A DNA stretch of 64,000 nt from Dehalococcoidia bacterium. GTDB lineage: Bacteria; Chloroflexota; Dehalococcoidia; GIF9; AB-539-J10. How positions within the stretch are numbered: position 1 is the first letter of the stretch; each line of letters starts with the position of its first letter. Below the pieces are notes generated by a model. It was not told the DNA's origin and did not search any database. It saw nothing but the letters and a program-made list of their open reading frames with translations. The stretch covers positions 8,507-72,506 of the forward strand of contig WJOY01000012.1 of assembly GCA_009619075.1 (NCBI GenBank). The letters are read 5' to 3'. Both the position numbers and the translations under genes were made by a program. This document shows, piece after piece, positions 36,648-45,951 of the stretch.

Positions 36648-37136
36648 ATGAATGAGATAAAGTACAAGCCAATCGGAGTCATCCATTCTCCGTTCAAAGA
36701 ACCCAAAGGAACACCTATACAACCTGCGGGTGGCAAGGGTATCGATGGAATGGTTGAGGTATTCCCAGAATATGCCGAAGGCTTAAAAGATGTTGAAGGC
36801 TTTTCTCACATTATTTTGATATACCACTTCCATTTATCCAAAGAATCGCTCTTAAAAGTAAAACCGTATATGGATAACGAAGCGCATGGAGTCTTTGCCA
36901 TGCGAGGTCCAAGTAGACCGAACTCGATTGGCATCTCGGTAGTGCGTCTTATCAAGATTAGAGAGAATATACTCCATATTCAAGATATAGACATCGTAGA
37001 TGGAACTCCCCTTCTGGATATCAAGCCTTATGTGCCAGAATTCGACATTAGAAAAGTAGAGAAAATAGGATGGCTGGAGAAAAAGGTGCATAAACTTTCA
37101 ACCTCAAAAGATGATGGGAGGTTCACCATATGTTAA
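36648..37136 (+). CDS. trmO: tRNA (adenine37-N6)-methyltransferase TrmO/TsaA (YaeB family)
   Basis: PIGVIHSPF...RPNSIGIS...DGTPLLDIKPY are canonical TsaA motifs. Confidence 0.8.
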   Translation: MNEIKYKPIGVIHSPFKEPKGTPIQPAGGKGIDGMVEVFPEYAEGLKDVEGFSHIILIYHFHLSKESLLKVKPYMDNEAHGVFAMRGPSRPNSIGISVVRLIKIRENILHIQDIDIVDGTPLLDIKPYVPEFDIRKVEKIGWLEKKVHKLSTSKDDGRFTIC

Positions 37137-37170
37137 ACAACATCAGCGTTATTTTAAGGAGGAGACAAAC

Positions 37171-37743
37171 ATGGCTACGAAACTAGTGGTAATTAAGTTC
37201 TTCGCCCCTGTCATAGATGCTACAGTCAACGCTCTTATGAATGCTATTGACCAGAAAATGAAGCAGGGAGTAAGGGATTTTATCATCCTTATCTCCTCAC
37301 CTGGCGGCTCTGTTATTCACGGTTTGAGCACGTATAATTACCTGAAAGGGGTGCCCGCCACGATAACTACGCACAACTTCGGTAGCGTGGATTCAATAGG
37401 CATCGTCCTATATTGTGCTGGCTCAAGGAGGCTGTCAGTGCCCCAAGCGAGATTCTTGCTTCACGGTGTTAACGCCCAATTTAAGGGAAACCAGAATTTA
37501 GAAGAAAAACAGCTAGAAGAAAGGTTAAAAGGATTAAGAATTGACATCGAGAACATCGCAAAAGTAATTGCGGCAAACACGGGCAAAAGTGTAAAGGATG
37601 TAACGAATGCCATGCTTGAAAGGACGACATTGAACCCAGAGGAGGCACAATCCTGGGGTTTAGTGCATGAAATCAAGTCACAGTTATTTGAAGCGGGAAG
37701 CGAAGTGATCTCCATACAATTTCAGCAACCGCAAAAACCATGA
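37171..37743 (+). CDS. ClpP/S14-like Clp-fold serine peptidase family protein
   Basis: ILISSPGGSV, then GSVDSIGIVLYCAG (candidate catalytic Ser) and LHGV (candidate His). Start has an AAGGAGGAG ribosome-binding site. Confidence 0.5.
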   Translation: MATKLVVIKFFAPVIDATVNALMNAIDQKMKQGVRDFIILISSPGGSVIHGLSTYNYLKGVPATITTHNFGSVDSIGIVLYCAGSRRLSVPQARFLLHGVNAQFKGNQNLEEKQLEERLKGLRIDIENIAKVIAANTGKSVKDVTNAMLERTTLNPEEAQSWGLVHEIKSQLFEAGSEVISIQFQQPQKP

Positions 37744-37794
37744 CATTGCCTATAAGCATGGTTAACCAAATATGGGGCTCATAAGGAGGAGAGT

Positions 37795-38970
37795 ATGGTA
37801 AAACATATTTTTAAAGGGCTGGCTGCCATTCTTATAGTCACGCTACTGATGATATTCACTGCAGAGCCAGTTTTAGCATTTGATACTCGCAGTGGAGCAA
37901 CTGTCACCATAGTTAGTGGAGAGGTAGTTGACGATGACCTTTATGTGGCTGCTGAGACCATTACCATTAGTGGCACTATTAATGGCGACCTCTGGGCTGC
38001 TGGTAGCACAATCACCGTCACTGGCGTAGTTAACGGCAGCATTATGGCTGCTGGCAGGACAGTCAACATCGATGGTGATATTAGCCATGCTGTGCGGGCA
38101 GCAGGCGAAACTATCAACATTAACGGCGATGTTAGCGGTGATGTGATGGTTGGTTGTAGCGAGGTGAATATAGCCAGTACAGCTAAAATTGGTGGTGACC
38201 TCCTTTTCGGCGCTGGAATTGCACGCATTGCTGGACTTATTGAGGGTGACATCAAGGGTGGAGGAAGCAAGGTCACCATAAGCAACGGGGTAAAGGGAAA
38301 CGTTGCTCTCAAAGTTGAGAGCCTGACAATATTGCCTACGGCAAATATTCAAGGCGACCTAACCTACACCTGTGAGGAAGAAGCTGATATCCAATCCGGT
38401 GCCCAAATTGGTGGCATGACCACTCATAACCTGCCTGAAGTAAAGGAAAAACGAGCTAAACCCTTCCCCTTCGTCCTTTTCTCTGGCATAGGAGGTAAGG
38501 TAACAGGCTTCATAATGGCTTTGATAGCAGGGCTAGTTATCATTCTCCTTGCCCCAAGACGATTGACATCTATCGCTGAGTCTATACGAAGTAGACCTGG
38601 GGCCAGCGCTGGCTGGGGAACTCTTATCCTGTTTGTTACTCCTATCGCCGCTATAATAGTGTGCATCACTATTATCGGTATCCCCGTGGGATTAATTGCC
38701 TTGGCTCTCTGGGGGATAGCTATTTACCTGGCCCAAATCCCTGTGGGCTTATTTATCGGGCGGTGGATTATTGGCCGCTTCAGAAGGGTGGAGAGTAAAG
38801 CCATCATGGTCGGAGCCCTAGCTTTGGGACTTGTCATCCTTAGGCTCTTGAGGCTAATCCCCTACTTAGGCTTCTTCATTGGACTGGCTGCCATCCTCTT
38901 TGGCTTGGGAGCAGTAGTAGTCTCAGAAAGGGGGCGACGAGCCAGGGCCCGGGAGGCAGAGTCAACCTAG
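37795..38970 (+). CDS. Membrane protein with a beta-helical (bactofilin/DUF4097-like) repeat domain and a C-terminal polytopic anchor
   Basis: Signal/TM helix, then at least 8 repeats of I-x-[IV]-x-G-x-[IV]-x-GD[LV], then 4 TM helices. 391 aa. Confidence 0.45.
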   Translation: MVKHIFKGLAAILIVTLLMIFTAEPVLAFDTRSGATVTIVSGEVVDDDLYVAAETITISGTINGDLWAAGSTITVTGVVNGSIMAAGRTVNIDGDISHAVRAAGETININGDVSGDVMVGCSEVNIASTAKIGGDLLFGAGIARIAGLIEGDIKGGGSKVTISNGVKGNVALKVESLTILPTANIQGDLTYTCEEEADIQSGAQIGGMTTHNLPEVKEKRAKPFPFVLFSGIGGKVTGFIMALIAGLVIILLAPRRLTSIAESIRSRPGASAGWGTLILFVTPIAAIIVCITIIGIPVGLIALALWGIAIYLAQIPVGLFIGRWIIGRFRRVESKAIMVGALALGLVILRLLRLIPYLGFFIGLAAILFGLGAVVVSERGRRARAREAEST

Positions 38971-39071
38971 TTACAATGGAAACTGAATGAAGAAATCGAA
39001 ACTGGCAGTAGCTTATTCGGCTAGATAGAAGGTGACCACTTGGTTAGGGTGGCCAGAATCCACACATCGCA

Positions 39072-39542
39072 ATGACCAAAAAGCTAAATAAACATTCACC
39101 ACCAAACATGACTAACTTAATAGTTAAGAAGGTTGAGACTTCACAAGAATTAAAAGACGCCCAGGAAGTAAGACGCCAAGTCTTTACCGAAGAACAAGGA
39201 ATAAAACGAGAGGTGGACATTAATGGGCTGGACCAGAATTCAGACCATGTTATTGCCTATGATAACGACATTCCAATTGGAACTGCGAGAATTAGGTACA
39301 AAATTGGTATCCAAGCGAAGCTTGAGAGGATTGCTGTGTTAAAACCCTATCGAGGCCAAGGAATCGGTAAAAGAATAATCGCAGCATCCTTAGGATTGGC
39401 TAAGACAAAAGGGGCATTAGAAGTAATATTGGATTCGCAGCAGTCCGCTGCAGGGTTTTATGAAAAGCTCGGCTTCCGACAAGAAGGAGCGCCATTTGAA
39501 GAAGTGGGAATCCCACATATAGCAATGACCAAAAAACTGTAA
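39072..39542 (+). CDS. GNAT-family N-acetyltransferase
   Basis: Acetyl-CoA pocket RGQGIGKRII, 156 aa. Confidence 0.75.
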   Translation: MTKKLNKHSPPNMTNLIVKKVETSQELKDAQEVRRQVFTEEQGIKREVDINGLDQNSDHVIAYDNDIPIGTARIRYKIGIQAKLERIAVLKPYRGQGIGKRIIAASLGLAKTKGALEVILDSQQSAAGFYEKLGFRQEGAPFEEVGIPHIAMTKKL

Positions 39543-39544
39543 AA

Positions 39545-40030
39545 ATGATTCGCAGTCTATCGCCCTCAGACTTTGACGCTATCCTAAAGGTCATAAATGA
39601 TGCTGCACAGGCTTACAAAGGTGTAATTCCGAGTGATAGGTGGAAGGAACCTTATATGTCAGCCAAGGAACTAAAAGAGGAAATTGAAGCTGGTGTTAGA
39701 TTCTTCGGATGGATAGAAGATGACCATTTACTTGGAGTAGCAGGAATCCAACCTGTCAAAGATACTACGTTGATCAGGCATACCTATGTAGCTACAAAAT
39801 GCCAGGGAAGAGGAATCGGCAGTAAGTTACTTGAACACCTAATAAGCTTAGCCGAAACTCCCGAAACCCTGGTGGGAACCTGGGCCGATGCCACCTGGGC
39901 CACCCGATTTTATGAGAAACACAGCTTCAAGCTAGTACCACTCGAGGAAAAGGATAGACTCCTGCGAACATATTGGAACATCCCTGAGAGGCAGATTGAA
40001 ACCTCAGTTGTGCTAAAGTTTACCAAGTAA
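39545..40030 (+). CDS. GNAT-family N-acetyltransferase
   Basis: QGRGIGSKLL, 161 aa, in tandem with the previous GNAT. Confidence 0.75.
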   Translation: MIRSLSPSDFDAILKVINDAAQAYKGVIPSDRWKEPYMSAKELKEEIEAGVRFFGWIEDDHLLGVAGIQPVKDTTLIRHTYVATKCQGRGIGSKLLEHLISLAETPETLVGTWADATWATRFYEKHSFKLVPLEEKDRLLRTYWNIPERQIETSVVLKFTK

Positions 40031-40183
40031 ATTTGGGCCTTAAGCCGATGTTACCCAAGGGCGGCTGAGGTCAACACCCGCTCCATAAGCGATAGAAAAC
40101 TCCACTTGAATACGCAAAATCAGAGCTAAAATGCAGATAGTGCAAACAAAACGCTATACTTATATAAGAAAGGAGGTATTCAC

Positions 40184-40702
40184 ATGGTGCCAAAGAAATC
40201 GATTTCCACAAAGGAGCCACAAATCCTTGAAACGCCATCGCGGAAGATGGCCGTGGTCTATATGAAGGGTGACCCAAACAAGGTAATGCCAGAATTCCTG
40301 CCAGCGCTCTATGGTTCAGTCTACAAACTGAAGTTCGAACTCAAAAAGAAAGGCATCGAATTTAAAATAGACAAGCTGCGAGCAAGGTGGCCCAATGCCC
40401 ACCTTGTCCCTAAGGATGAATGGCTTGGAATCTGTGGTCTGCCTATTCCCGAAGATACGACTTCTCTGCCACAAAAAGTCCTCGACATCGAAGTCAAGAT
40501 TGAAAAATGGGACTACGGCACAGTGGCACAGATTCTCCACATCGGGCCTTATAGTGAAGAGGGAGCCACGGTTGAGCGCCTGCATAAATTCATCGAGGAA
40601 AACGGTTACGAGATAGCCGGCGTTCATGAGGAGGAATACCTCACGAGCCCTGATGCAAAAGTCCAGAAGACCATCATCCGCTACCCCATTAAGAAGAAAT
40701 AG
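40184..40702 (+). CDS. GyrI-like small-molecule-binding domain protein
   Basis: C-terminal GPYSEEGATVERLHKFIEENGYEIAGVHEEEYLTSP is typical of the GyrI-like effector-binding fold. Confidence 0.6.
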   Translation: MVPKKSISTKEPQILETPSRKMAVVYMKGDPNKVMPEFLPALYGSVYKLKFELKKKGIEFKIDKLRARWPNAHLVPKDEWLGICGLPIPEDTTSLPQKVLDIEVKIEKWDYGTVAQILHIGPYSEEGATVERLHKFIEENGYEIAGVHEEEYLTSPDAKVQKTIIRYPIKKK

Positions 40703-40814
40703 GCGAACTTGTTATAATCATAGAGAGTGGGCAGTTACCGAGATACCTTTACCACACGGCTTTTCAGCCAACGAATCCTGTAGACAACTGGTGTGGCTTT
40801 TGCCCTAAGCTAAA

Positions 40815-41378
40815 ATGAGCGTAATGGAAGAACTTAATCTCGCAGGTTGCTGCGGAATATTTTGTGGTTTGTGTAGCAAATATCAGTCGAAAGCGCCAAG
40901 CAGGTGTATCGGCTGTCGATTAGGTGAGCAGCATTCATGGTGTAGCATCTACCGATGCTGCGTGATGAAGAAAGGATTCACTACCTGCGCTGAGTGTCAG
41001 GAATATCCTTGTGAAAGGTATTCTCGAAGGGGTTGGGGAGCAGACCAATGGAGCCAAACTGCCGTGCAGAACCTGGAAAGGATTAAGGGAACTGGGATGA
41101 AGGATTGGCTGAAAGAGCAAAGAAAGCGGCGACTACTACTGGAGAATCTGCTCACCAACTACAATGAAGGCAGGTCAATGAGCTTCTATTGCCTGGCTGT
41201 GGCACTTATGCCTTCTGGACTGATTGATAAAGCGATAAGTGAGTTAAAGGAAAAGCTGGCTATCAATCAGATCGATAACTCGGACATAAAAGCCAAGGCA
41301 ACCACACTCAGGGGAATTATTCAAGGCTTGGCTCGAGAAGCGGGCATCGAACTAAAACTTAGAAAGAAGGGAGGATAA
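40815..41378 (+). CDS. DUF3795-like Cys-rich protein
   Basis: CCGIFCGLCSKY...CIGCR...CAECQEYPC cysteine pattern, 187 aa. Confidence 0.55.
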   Translation: MSVMEELNLAGCCGIFCGLCSKYQSKAPSRCIGCRLGEQHSWCSIYRCCVMKKGFTTCAECQEYPCERYSRRGWGADQWSQTAVQNLERIKGTGMKDWLKEQRKRRLLLENLLTNYNEGRSMSFYCLAVALMPSGLIDKAISELKEKLAINQIDNSDIKAKATTLRGIIQGLAREAGIELKLRKKGG

Positions 41379-41380
41379 AA

Positions 41381-41878
41381 GTGGTTACTAAAGTAGAAGA
41401 GGTCAAAAATCTGGTTGAGCTGGGAATTAAACAACCCCAAGAAGCATTTCCTAGAATTAAGCAGTTGGCCCAAAGTGATGACTGGAAAGTGCGGGAGGTA
41501 GCCGCCACTTGCTTGGTTGAAATTAGTAAGAAGAAAACCGATGAAATGATTCAAGAGATGTTACACTGGGCCAATGATAGTAACCCGAATGTTAGAAGAA
41601 CTTCAAGTGAGGGCTTAAGAGAGGCTGCTAGAAGAAATCCTGACAAAGTGCTCCCTGTTATTGAGAAATTAAAGAAGGATGATAACCTTTATGTCAAGAA
41701 ATCCGTGGCCAATGTGCTCAGAAATGCCTCAAGATACAATCCAAACCTAGTATTTGAGCTATGCCAGAAATGGGCACTCCTTGGAAATCCCAATACCAAC
41801 TGGATAATCAAAGACGGCATTAAAAAGTTATCCTCTGAGCAACAAAAGGAGATTCTATCTCTTATCAAAAGAGCATAA
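41381..41878 (+). CDS. DNA alkylation repair (AlkD-like HEAT-repeat) protein, C-terminal two-thirds only (GTG start)
   Basis: WKVREVAATCL...VKKSVANVLRNASRYNP matches the PF08713-type family but lacks the N-terminal ~55 aa. The complementary N-terminal fragment is at 63739..63912. Confidence 0.55.
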   Translation: MVTKVEEVKNLVELGIKQPQEAFPRIKQLAQSDDWKVREVAATCLVEISKKKTDEMIQEMLHWANDSNPNVRRTSSEGLREAARRNPDKVLPVIEKLKKDDNLYVKKSVANVLRNASRYNPNLVFELCQKWALLGNPNTNWIIKDGIKKLSSEQQKEILSLIKRA

Positions 41879-41996
41879 CTAAATGAAGTGCTCGATCAAA
41901 TCCCGATCAAATCAATCCTAAATAAGCACGGAATCAAACATAGCATTATTTAGCCGCAGCTTGGGGCGGGATACTTTACATTTATCGCCTATTTGC

Positions 41997-42141
41997 CATC
42001 TCCTCTCAAACTGAAAACCACCCAACTAGCATAAAATTGGCTTTGTTATAATTGTGATATATTAAAAGATATGGCATGAGATAATGCAGGCTAGGCCGAG
42101 ACACGCACAGAGTTCGTATATTTCGATGTTAAACGAAATCG
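41997..42141 (+). promoter_or_regulatory. Conserved ~140-nt noncoding element, copy A (extended -10 TGATATATT plus conserved leader and hairpin)
   Basis: ATCTCCTCTCAAA...TTGTGATATATTAAA..CAGGCTAGgCCgAGACACGCACAGAGTTCGTATATTTCGATG, about 80% identical to copy B at 44440..44580. Terminal hairpin ATTTCGatgttaaaCGAAAT. Confidence 0.5.
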
Positions 42142-42204
42142 AAAGACCTAAAAACCAGAATATCCATATCTTAATTTATTAATCCACCAAATAGAGGAAA
42201 TATT

Positions 42205-42411
42205 ATGAAAGAAGAAGCAAAAATATCTCTTTCCCGCAATGCTGTAATAATATTTTTTGCCATTGTAATTATCACAGTGATTCTGATTGAAGATATAGCT
42301 AAAACCTCCTTATCAAAGCTATATATAATGCTACCGGCATTATTTATCTTGGGTGAATGCATTAAGGCAGGTGATACAAAAAAGATAGTTCCAACAACAA
42401 TTAATGCTTAA
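42205..42411 (+). CDS. Small membrane protein (hypothetical)
   Basis: 68-aa AT-rich ORF with one hydrophobic helix. Sits downstream of element A. Confidence 0.25.
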   Translation: MKEEAKISLSRNAVIIFFAIVIITVILIEDIAKTSLSKLYIMLPALFILGECIKAGDTKKIVPTTINA

Positions 42412-42538
42412 TGTTTTTGCCAGTGCACGAACTTCCCTTATCTGCAAAACGTGATATGAAATCATGGACATTGGGCCTGGAAAATGATAAAACATTAAGA
42501 AGGGTCGAATTTATAACAAACAAGTAGGAGGTGGGAAA

Positions 42539-42820
42539 ATGCTATCAACAATACCGATAAATCTTGACAAGGTAAGAAAAGAGGATTTGGATAGAGAGAC
42601 ACTGAGAGTCGGAATAATAGCTGAATTAGATGCTGTAAATCTCTACGAGCAATTGGCAGTCATGACTGAAAATAGAAATATTAAGAAGCTTCTTTTGGAT
42701 ATAGCAAAAGAGGAAAAGACCCATGTAGGAGAATTTCAAGCTCTGTTGCTAAAACAAGATGAAGAGCAAAAAAGGGAATTAGAAGAGGGCAAGAAAGAGA
42801 TTGATGAGTTAATAAAATAA
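42539..42820 (+). CDS. Small ferritin-like / rubrerythrin-family protein
   Basis: ELDAVNLYEQLA...EEKTHVGEFQALL (E...ExxH diiron-type motif), GGAGG ribosome-binding site, 93 aa. Confidence 0.5.
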   Translation: MLSTIPINLDKVRKEDLDRETLRVGIIAELDAVNLYEQLAVMTENRNIKKLLLDIAKEEKTHVGEFQALLLKQDEEQKRELEEGKKEIDELIK

Positions 42821-42832
42821 AGGGGGGGAAAT

Positions 42833-43447
42833 ATGGAAACAACCAAGTTTTACTCTTTGCCAAAACTGCCCTATGAATACAAGGACCTAGAGCCATATAT
42901 ATCTGAAGAGCAATTGAAGATTCACCACAGTAAACATCATCAAGCATACGTTAATGGCGCGAATGCAATACTTGAGAAGCTCGACAAAGCACGAAAAGAG
43001 GATACCACCCTAGATATTAGAGCCACTTTAAAGGAACTGTCCTTCAACATAGGAGGGCATTTACTTCACTCATTGTTCTGGGGCAACTTAGCGCCAACTG
43101 GCAAAGGCGGTGGAAAACCAGGCGGGGTTTTCGGCGAGATGGTAGAGAAAGAGTTTGGTAGCTTTGAGAGATTCAAAAAGGAATTCACTCAAGCCGCTAT
43201 TGGCGTAGAAGGCTCCGGATGGGCAGCACTAACTTTCTGCAAGCAAACCAATAGACCGATAATAATGCAGATAGAGAAGCACAACACTAACATCTACCCT
43301 ATGTTTCGAATTCTAATGGTTCTCGATGTCTTTGAACATGCATACTACCTTGATTACAAGAATGAAAGAGCCAAATTTATCGATGCATTCTGGAATATCG
43401 TTAACTGGGGTGAGGTAAACAAAAGGCTTGAAGGATTATTGAAGTAG
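42833..43447 (+). CDS. sodA: Fe/Mn superoxide dismutase
   Basis: [29 protein letters not shown] and [13 protein letters not shown]. Confidence 0.9.
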   Translation: METTKFYSLPKLPYEYKDLEPYISEEQLKIHHSKHHQAYVNGANAILEKLDKARKEDTTLDIRATLKELSFNIGGHLLHSLFWGNLAPTGKGGGKPGGVFGEMVEKEFGSFERFKKEFTQAAIGVEGSGWAALTFCKQTNRPIIMQIEKHNTNIYPMFRILMVLDVFEHAYYLDYKNERAKFIDAFWNIVNWGEVNKRLEGLLK

Positions 43448-43653
43448 TATATTGCAACGTTGATGCCTTGTGGTAAACTGGTTAGAAATTAGAGCGCACC
43501 GTTGGCCTATAACTTCATGGTTGCTTCGCTCTACTGTTTTTGCGCCTATAACTCAGGCTTTGCCACCACTTCGTTCGCCCAGGTGCTTCGCAAAGCTTGG
43601 GGATGTTGTGCGGCAATGATTACTGCATCACATAAAGGAAGGGATGATGCCAC

Positions 43654-44394
43654 ATGAAACGCTTAAGTTGGCAGATTCGCTTGGGTTTATTGCTGCTTGC
43701 ATTATCTGCGATTGTTTATCTCATCCATTACGCAATCTTTAGAGATCCCCACCATATCTTCCTTTGGAGTATAACGAGCTTTGCATTTCTCCCTATTTCG
43801 GTTCTGTTTGTTACTCTGATAATAAATCAGTTGTTGAGTGGGAGGGAAAAGCGAGTCCGGCTAGAAAAGCTAGAGATGGTCATAGGAACCTTCTTTAGTG
43901 AAGTTGGAACAAGACTGCTAGCTTTCCTTTCCGACTCTGACCCTAAATTGGATGAGATTAGAAAAGAACTTATTGTAACCAACGATTGGTCTGAGCAAGA
44001 ATTTTCTGGTGTTAGCAACCGCCTCAAGAATTACGATTACGGGGTTGAGATGGAGAAGATCGACTTAGAAGATTTACGAAGTTTCCTTGGAGGAAAAAAC
44101 AACTTCTTACTGAGGCTACTGGAAAACCCGACTTTATTGGAGCACGAGGCCTTTGCAGAGCTACTTCGAGCGGTGTTTCATTTGACTGAGGAATTATCCG
44201 CCCGGAAAGATACAAGGCGGTTGCCCACTTCCGATCGTGAGCATCTCGCTGGTGACATAAAAAGAGTATATGTCTTGCTTGTCCGTCAGTGGTTGGATTA
44301 TATGAGATATTTGAAGGATAACTATCCCTATCTCTTTTCTCTTGTCGTGAGAACCAATCCTTTTGATCAAAATGCATCACCGATAGTGAAATGA
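43654..44394 (+). CDS. Hypothetical membrane protein (two N-terminal TM helices plus a cytoplasmic helical domain)
   Basis: 246 aa with no recognised motif. Confidence 0.35.
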   Translation: MKRLSWQIRLGLLLLALSAIVYLIHYAIFRDPHHIFLWSITSFAFLPISVLFVTLIINQLLSGREKRVRLEKLEMVIGTFFSEVGTRLLAFLSDSDPKLDEIRKELIVTNDWSEQEFSGVSNRLKNYDYGVEMEKIDLEDLRSFLGGKNNFLLRLLENPTLLEHEAFAELLRAVFHLTEELSARKDTRRLPTSDREHLAGDIKRVYVLLVRQWLDYMRYLKDNYPYLFSLVVRTNPFDQNASPIVK

Positions 44395-44439
44395 ATGGCT
44401 TTAGCCCTTCTTGTATTTGCAAGTCATCGTCTCTGTTGA

Positions 44440-44580
44440 TATCTCCTCTCAAAGTGAACCCCCCAACAAAGGAAAATTAACTCTTATGATTGTGATATAT
44501 TAAAGATGTGGCCTGAAACAAAACAGGCTAGACCAAGACACGCACAGAGTTCGTATATTTCGATGGTGAGGAAATGGTGG
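44440..44580 (+). promoter_or_regulatory. Conserved ~140-nt noncoding element, copy B
   Basis: See copy A. Terminal hairpin ATTTCgatggtgagGAAAT. Upstream of the glutamine-synthetase-like gene. Confidence 0.5.
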
Positions 44581-44633
44581 GCGGCGCACACAAATGAATC
44601 GTATGTGGTAAGCAACAGAATCAGGTTAACAGG

Positions 44634-45797
44634 ATGATAAAGATTAAAAAAGTTGGACTTGGAATAATAGCGGTAATAGTGGTGCTTGTTGGCTTATGGA
44701 TGTACCATGCTCACGGACTCTATGAGAAAAGTTATAGAAGCGAATATCACTACGGAATTAGGATACAACCTGATTCAGTCCTGCACAACATTACATTATT
44801 CGTGCCGTTGCCTGTATTTGAGGAAGAATCGAAAATAGGTGATGAGATTATAGTCGGAAACTATTTTATCATGGGTGGAAAGTTCTCAAAACCAGATGAT
44901 TGGGATTGCCGCATTGTCGAAACAGAGCACGGAAAGATGCTTAAAATCAATGCAGAGAAGATAGCCCCAGAGTTTCATTCTCTTCCTGTGCCTATAGAAG
45001 ATGCCGCCGAGCAAATTGTTATTGCCAAATGGATGTTAAGGATGATGGGATATAAGTATGGGGTAACCATCAGCTTTGCCCCCAAGATTTTGGTTGGACA
45101 TGCCGGTAGTGGTCTTCATATTCACACAAGATTGGTCAGAAATGGGAAGAATATGATGATTGAAGGAAGTGGGTTAAGTAGTATAGCCAAAAAGGCTATT
45201 GCTGGCTATTTAGCGCTGGCTCCCTCTCTGACTGCCTTCGGTAATACTATCCCTACCTCTTATCTGAGATTAGTCTCCCATCAGGAAGCACCAACAAATA
45301 TATGCTGGGGTGATAGAAACCGATCTGTGTTAGTAAGGGTTCCTTTAGGATGGATAAATGTTAAGAATATGGCCAGAGATGCCAATCCACAGGAGAGGAC
45401 AGAATCTTCAGGATTTATTGATAGGCAGACGGTAGAATTTCGCTGTCCTGATGGTTCGGCTAACATTTATCTTCTACTAGCTGGACTAGCTGTGGCCGCT
45501 CGACATGGATTGGAGATGCGAGGTGCGTTGGAAGTGGCTAATAAATTCTATGTGGATATAAACATCTTTTCCTCTGAACATAAGGGGATTCAGGAGAAAC
45601 TGCCTCAGCTACCTGCCTCATGCTGGGAATCAGCCAAAAGTCTTTTGAGAGATCGTGAAATATACCAGAGGAACGGTGTCTTTTCTTCTACGGTAATTGA
45701 TGGGATAGTGAAAAAGCTTAAGAGCTACAACGATAAAGACCTGAGTGAGAAATTATATGGTAGGGAAGATGAGATTAAAAAGTTGCTCGATGAATAG
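44634..45797 (+). CDS. Glutamine synthetase catalytic-domain protein with an N-terminal transmembrane anchor
   Basis: TM helix (LGIIAVIVVLVGLWMY), then GS motifs GSGLHIHTRL, CWGDRNRSVLVRVP and ANIYLLLAGLAVAARHGL. 387 aa. Confidence 0.6.
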   Translation: MIKIKKVGLGIIAVIVVLVGLWMYHAHGLYEKSYRSEYHYGIRIQPDSVLHNITLFVPLPVFEEESKIGDEIIVGNYFIMGGKFSKPDDWDCRIVETEHGKMLKINAEKIAPEFHSLPVPIEDAAEQIVIAKWMLRMMGYKYGVTISFAPKILVGHAGSGLHIHTRLVRNGKNMMIEGSGLSSIAKKAIAGYLALAPSLTAFGNTIPTSYLRLVSHQEAPTNICWGDRNRSVLVRVPLGWINVKNMARDANPQERTESSGFIDRQTVEFRCPDGSANIYLLLAGLAVAARHGLEMRGALEVANKFYVDINIFSSEHKGIQEKLPQLPASCWESAKSLLRDREIYQRNGVFSSTVIDGIVKKLKSYNDKDLSEKLYGREDEIKKLLDE

Positions 45798-45951
45798 CTC
45801 CATTGTTCGTAACATTGAAAGCCATCGCCGTGCAGTATTGAGAGCTACCACAGCGGATGGTAGAATTCCACAAGTCGAAGCGGATTAGACGAACTCTGAG
45901 CTCGTCTATATACCTGTTATCGGCTATTTGTGCGGCTCGTATTAAGGGAAT

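Noticed and set aside
37873-38352. Antisense ORFs inside long genes (37873..38352, 37941..38312; 17026..17211, 17230..17451, 17484..17840, 17874..18155, 18612..18920; 24310..24737; 33529..34077; 49324..49827, 49473..49823, 50347..50768; 53359..53792, and others)
   Set aside because: They are embedded opposite well-supported conserved CDSs (dnaG, rpoD, dnaX, ligA, the SbcC-like gene, the beta-helix protein). They have low-complexity composition, no ribosome-binding sites and no recognisable motifs.
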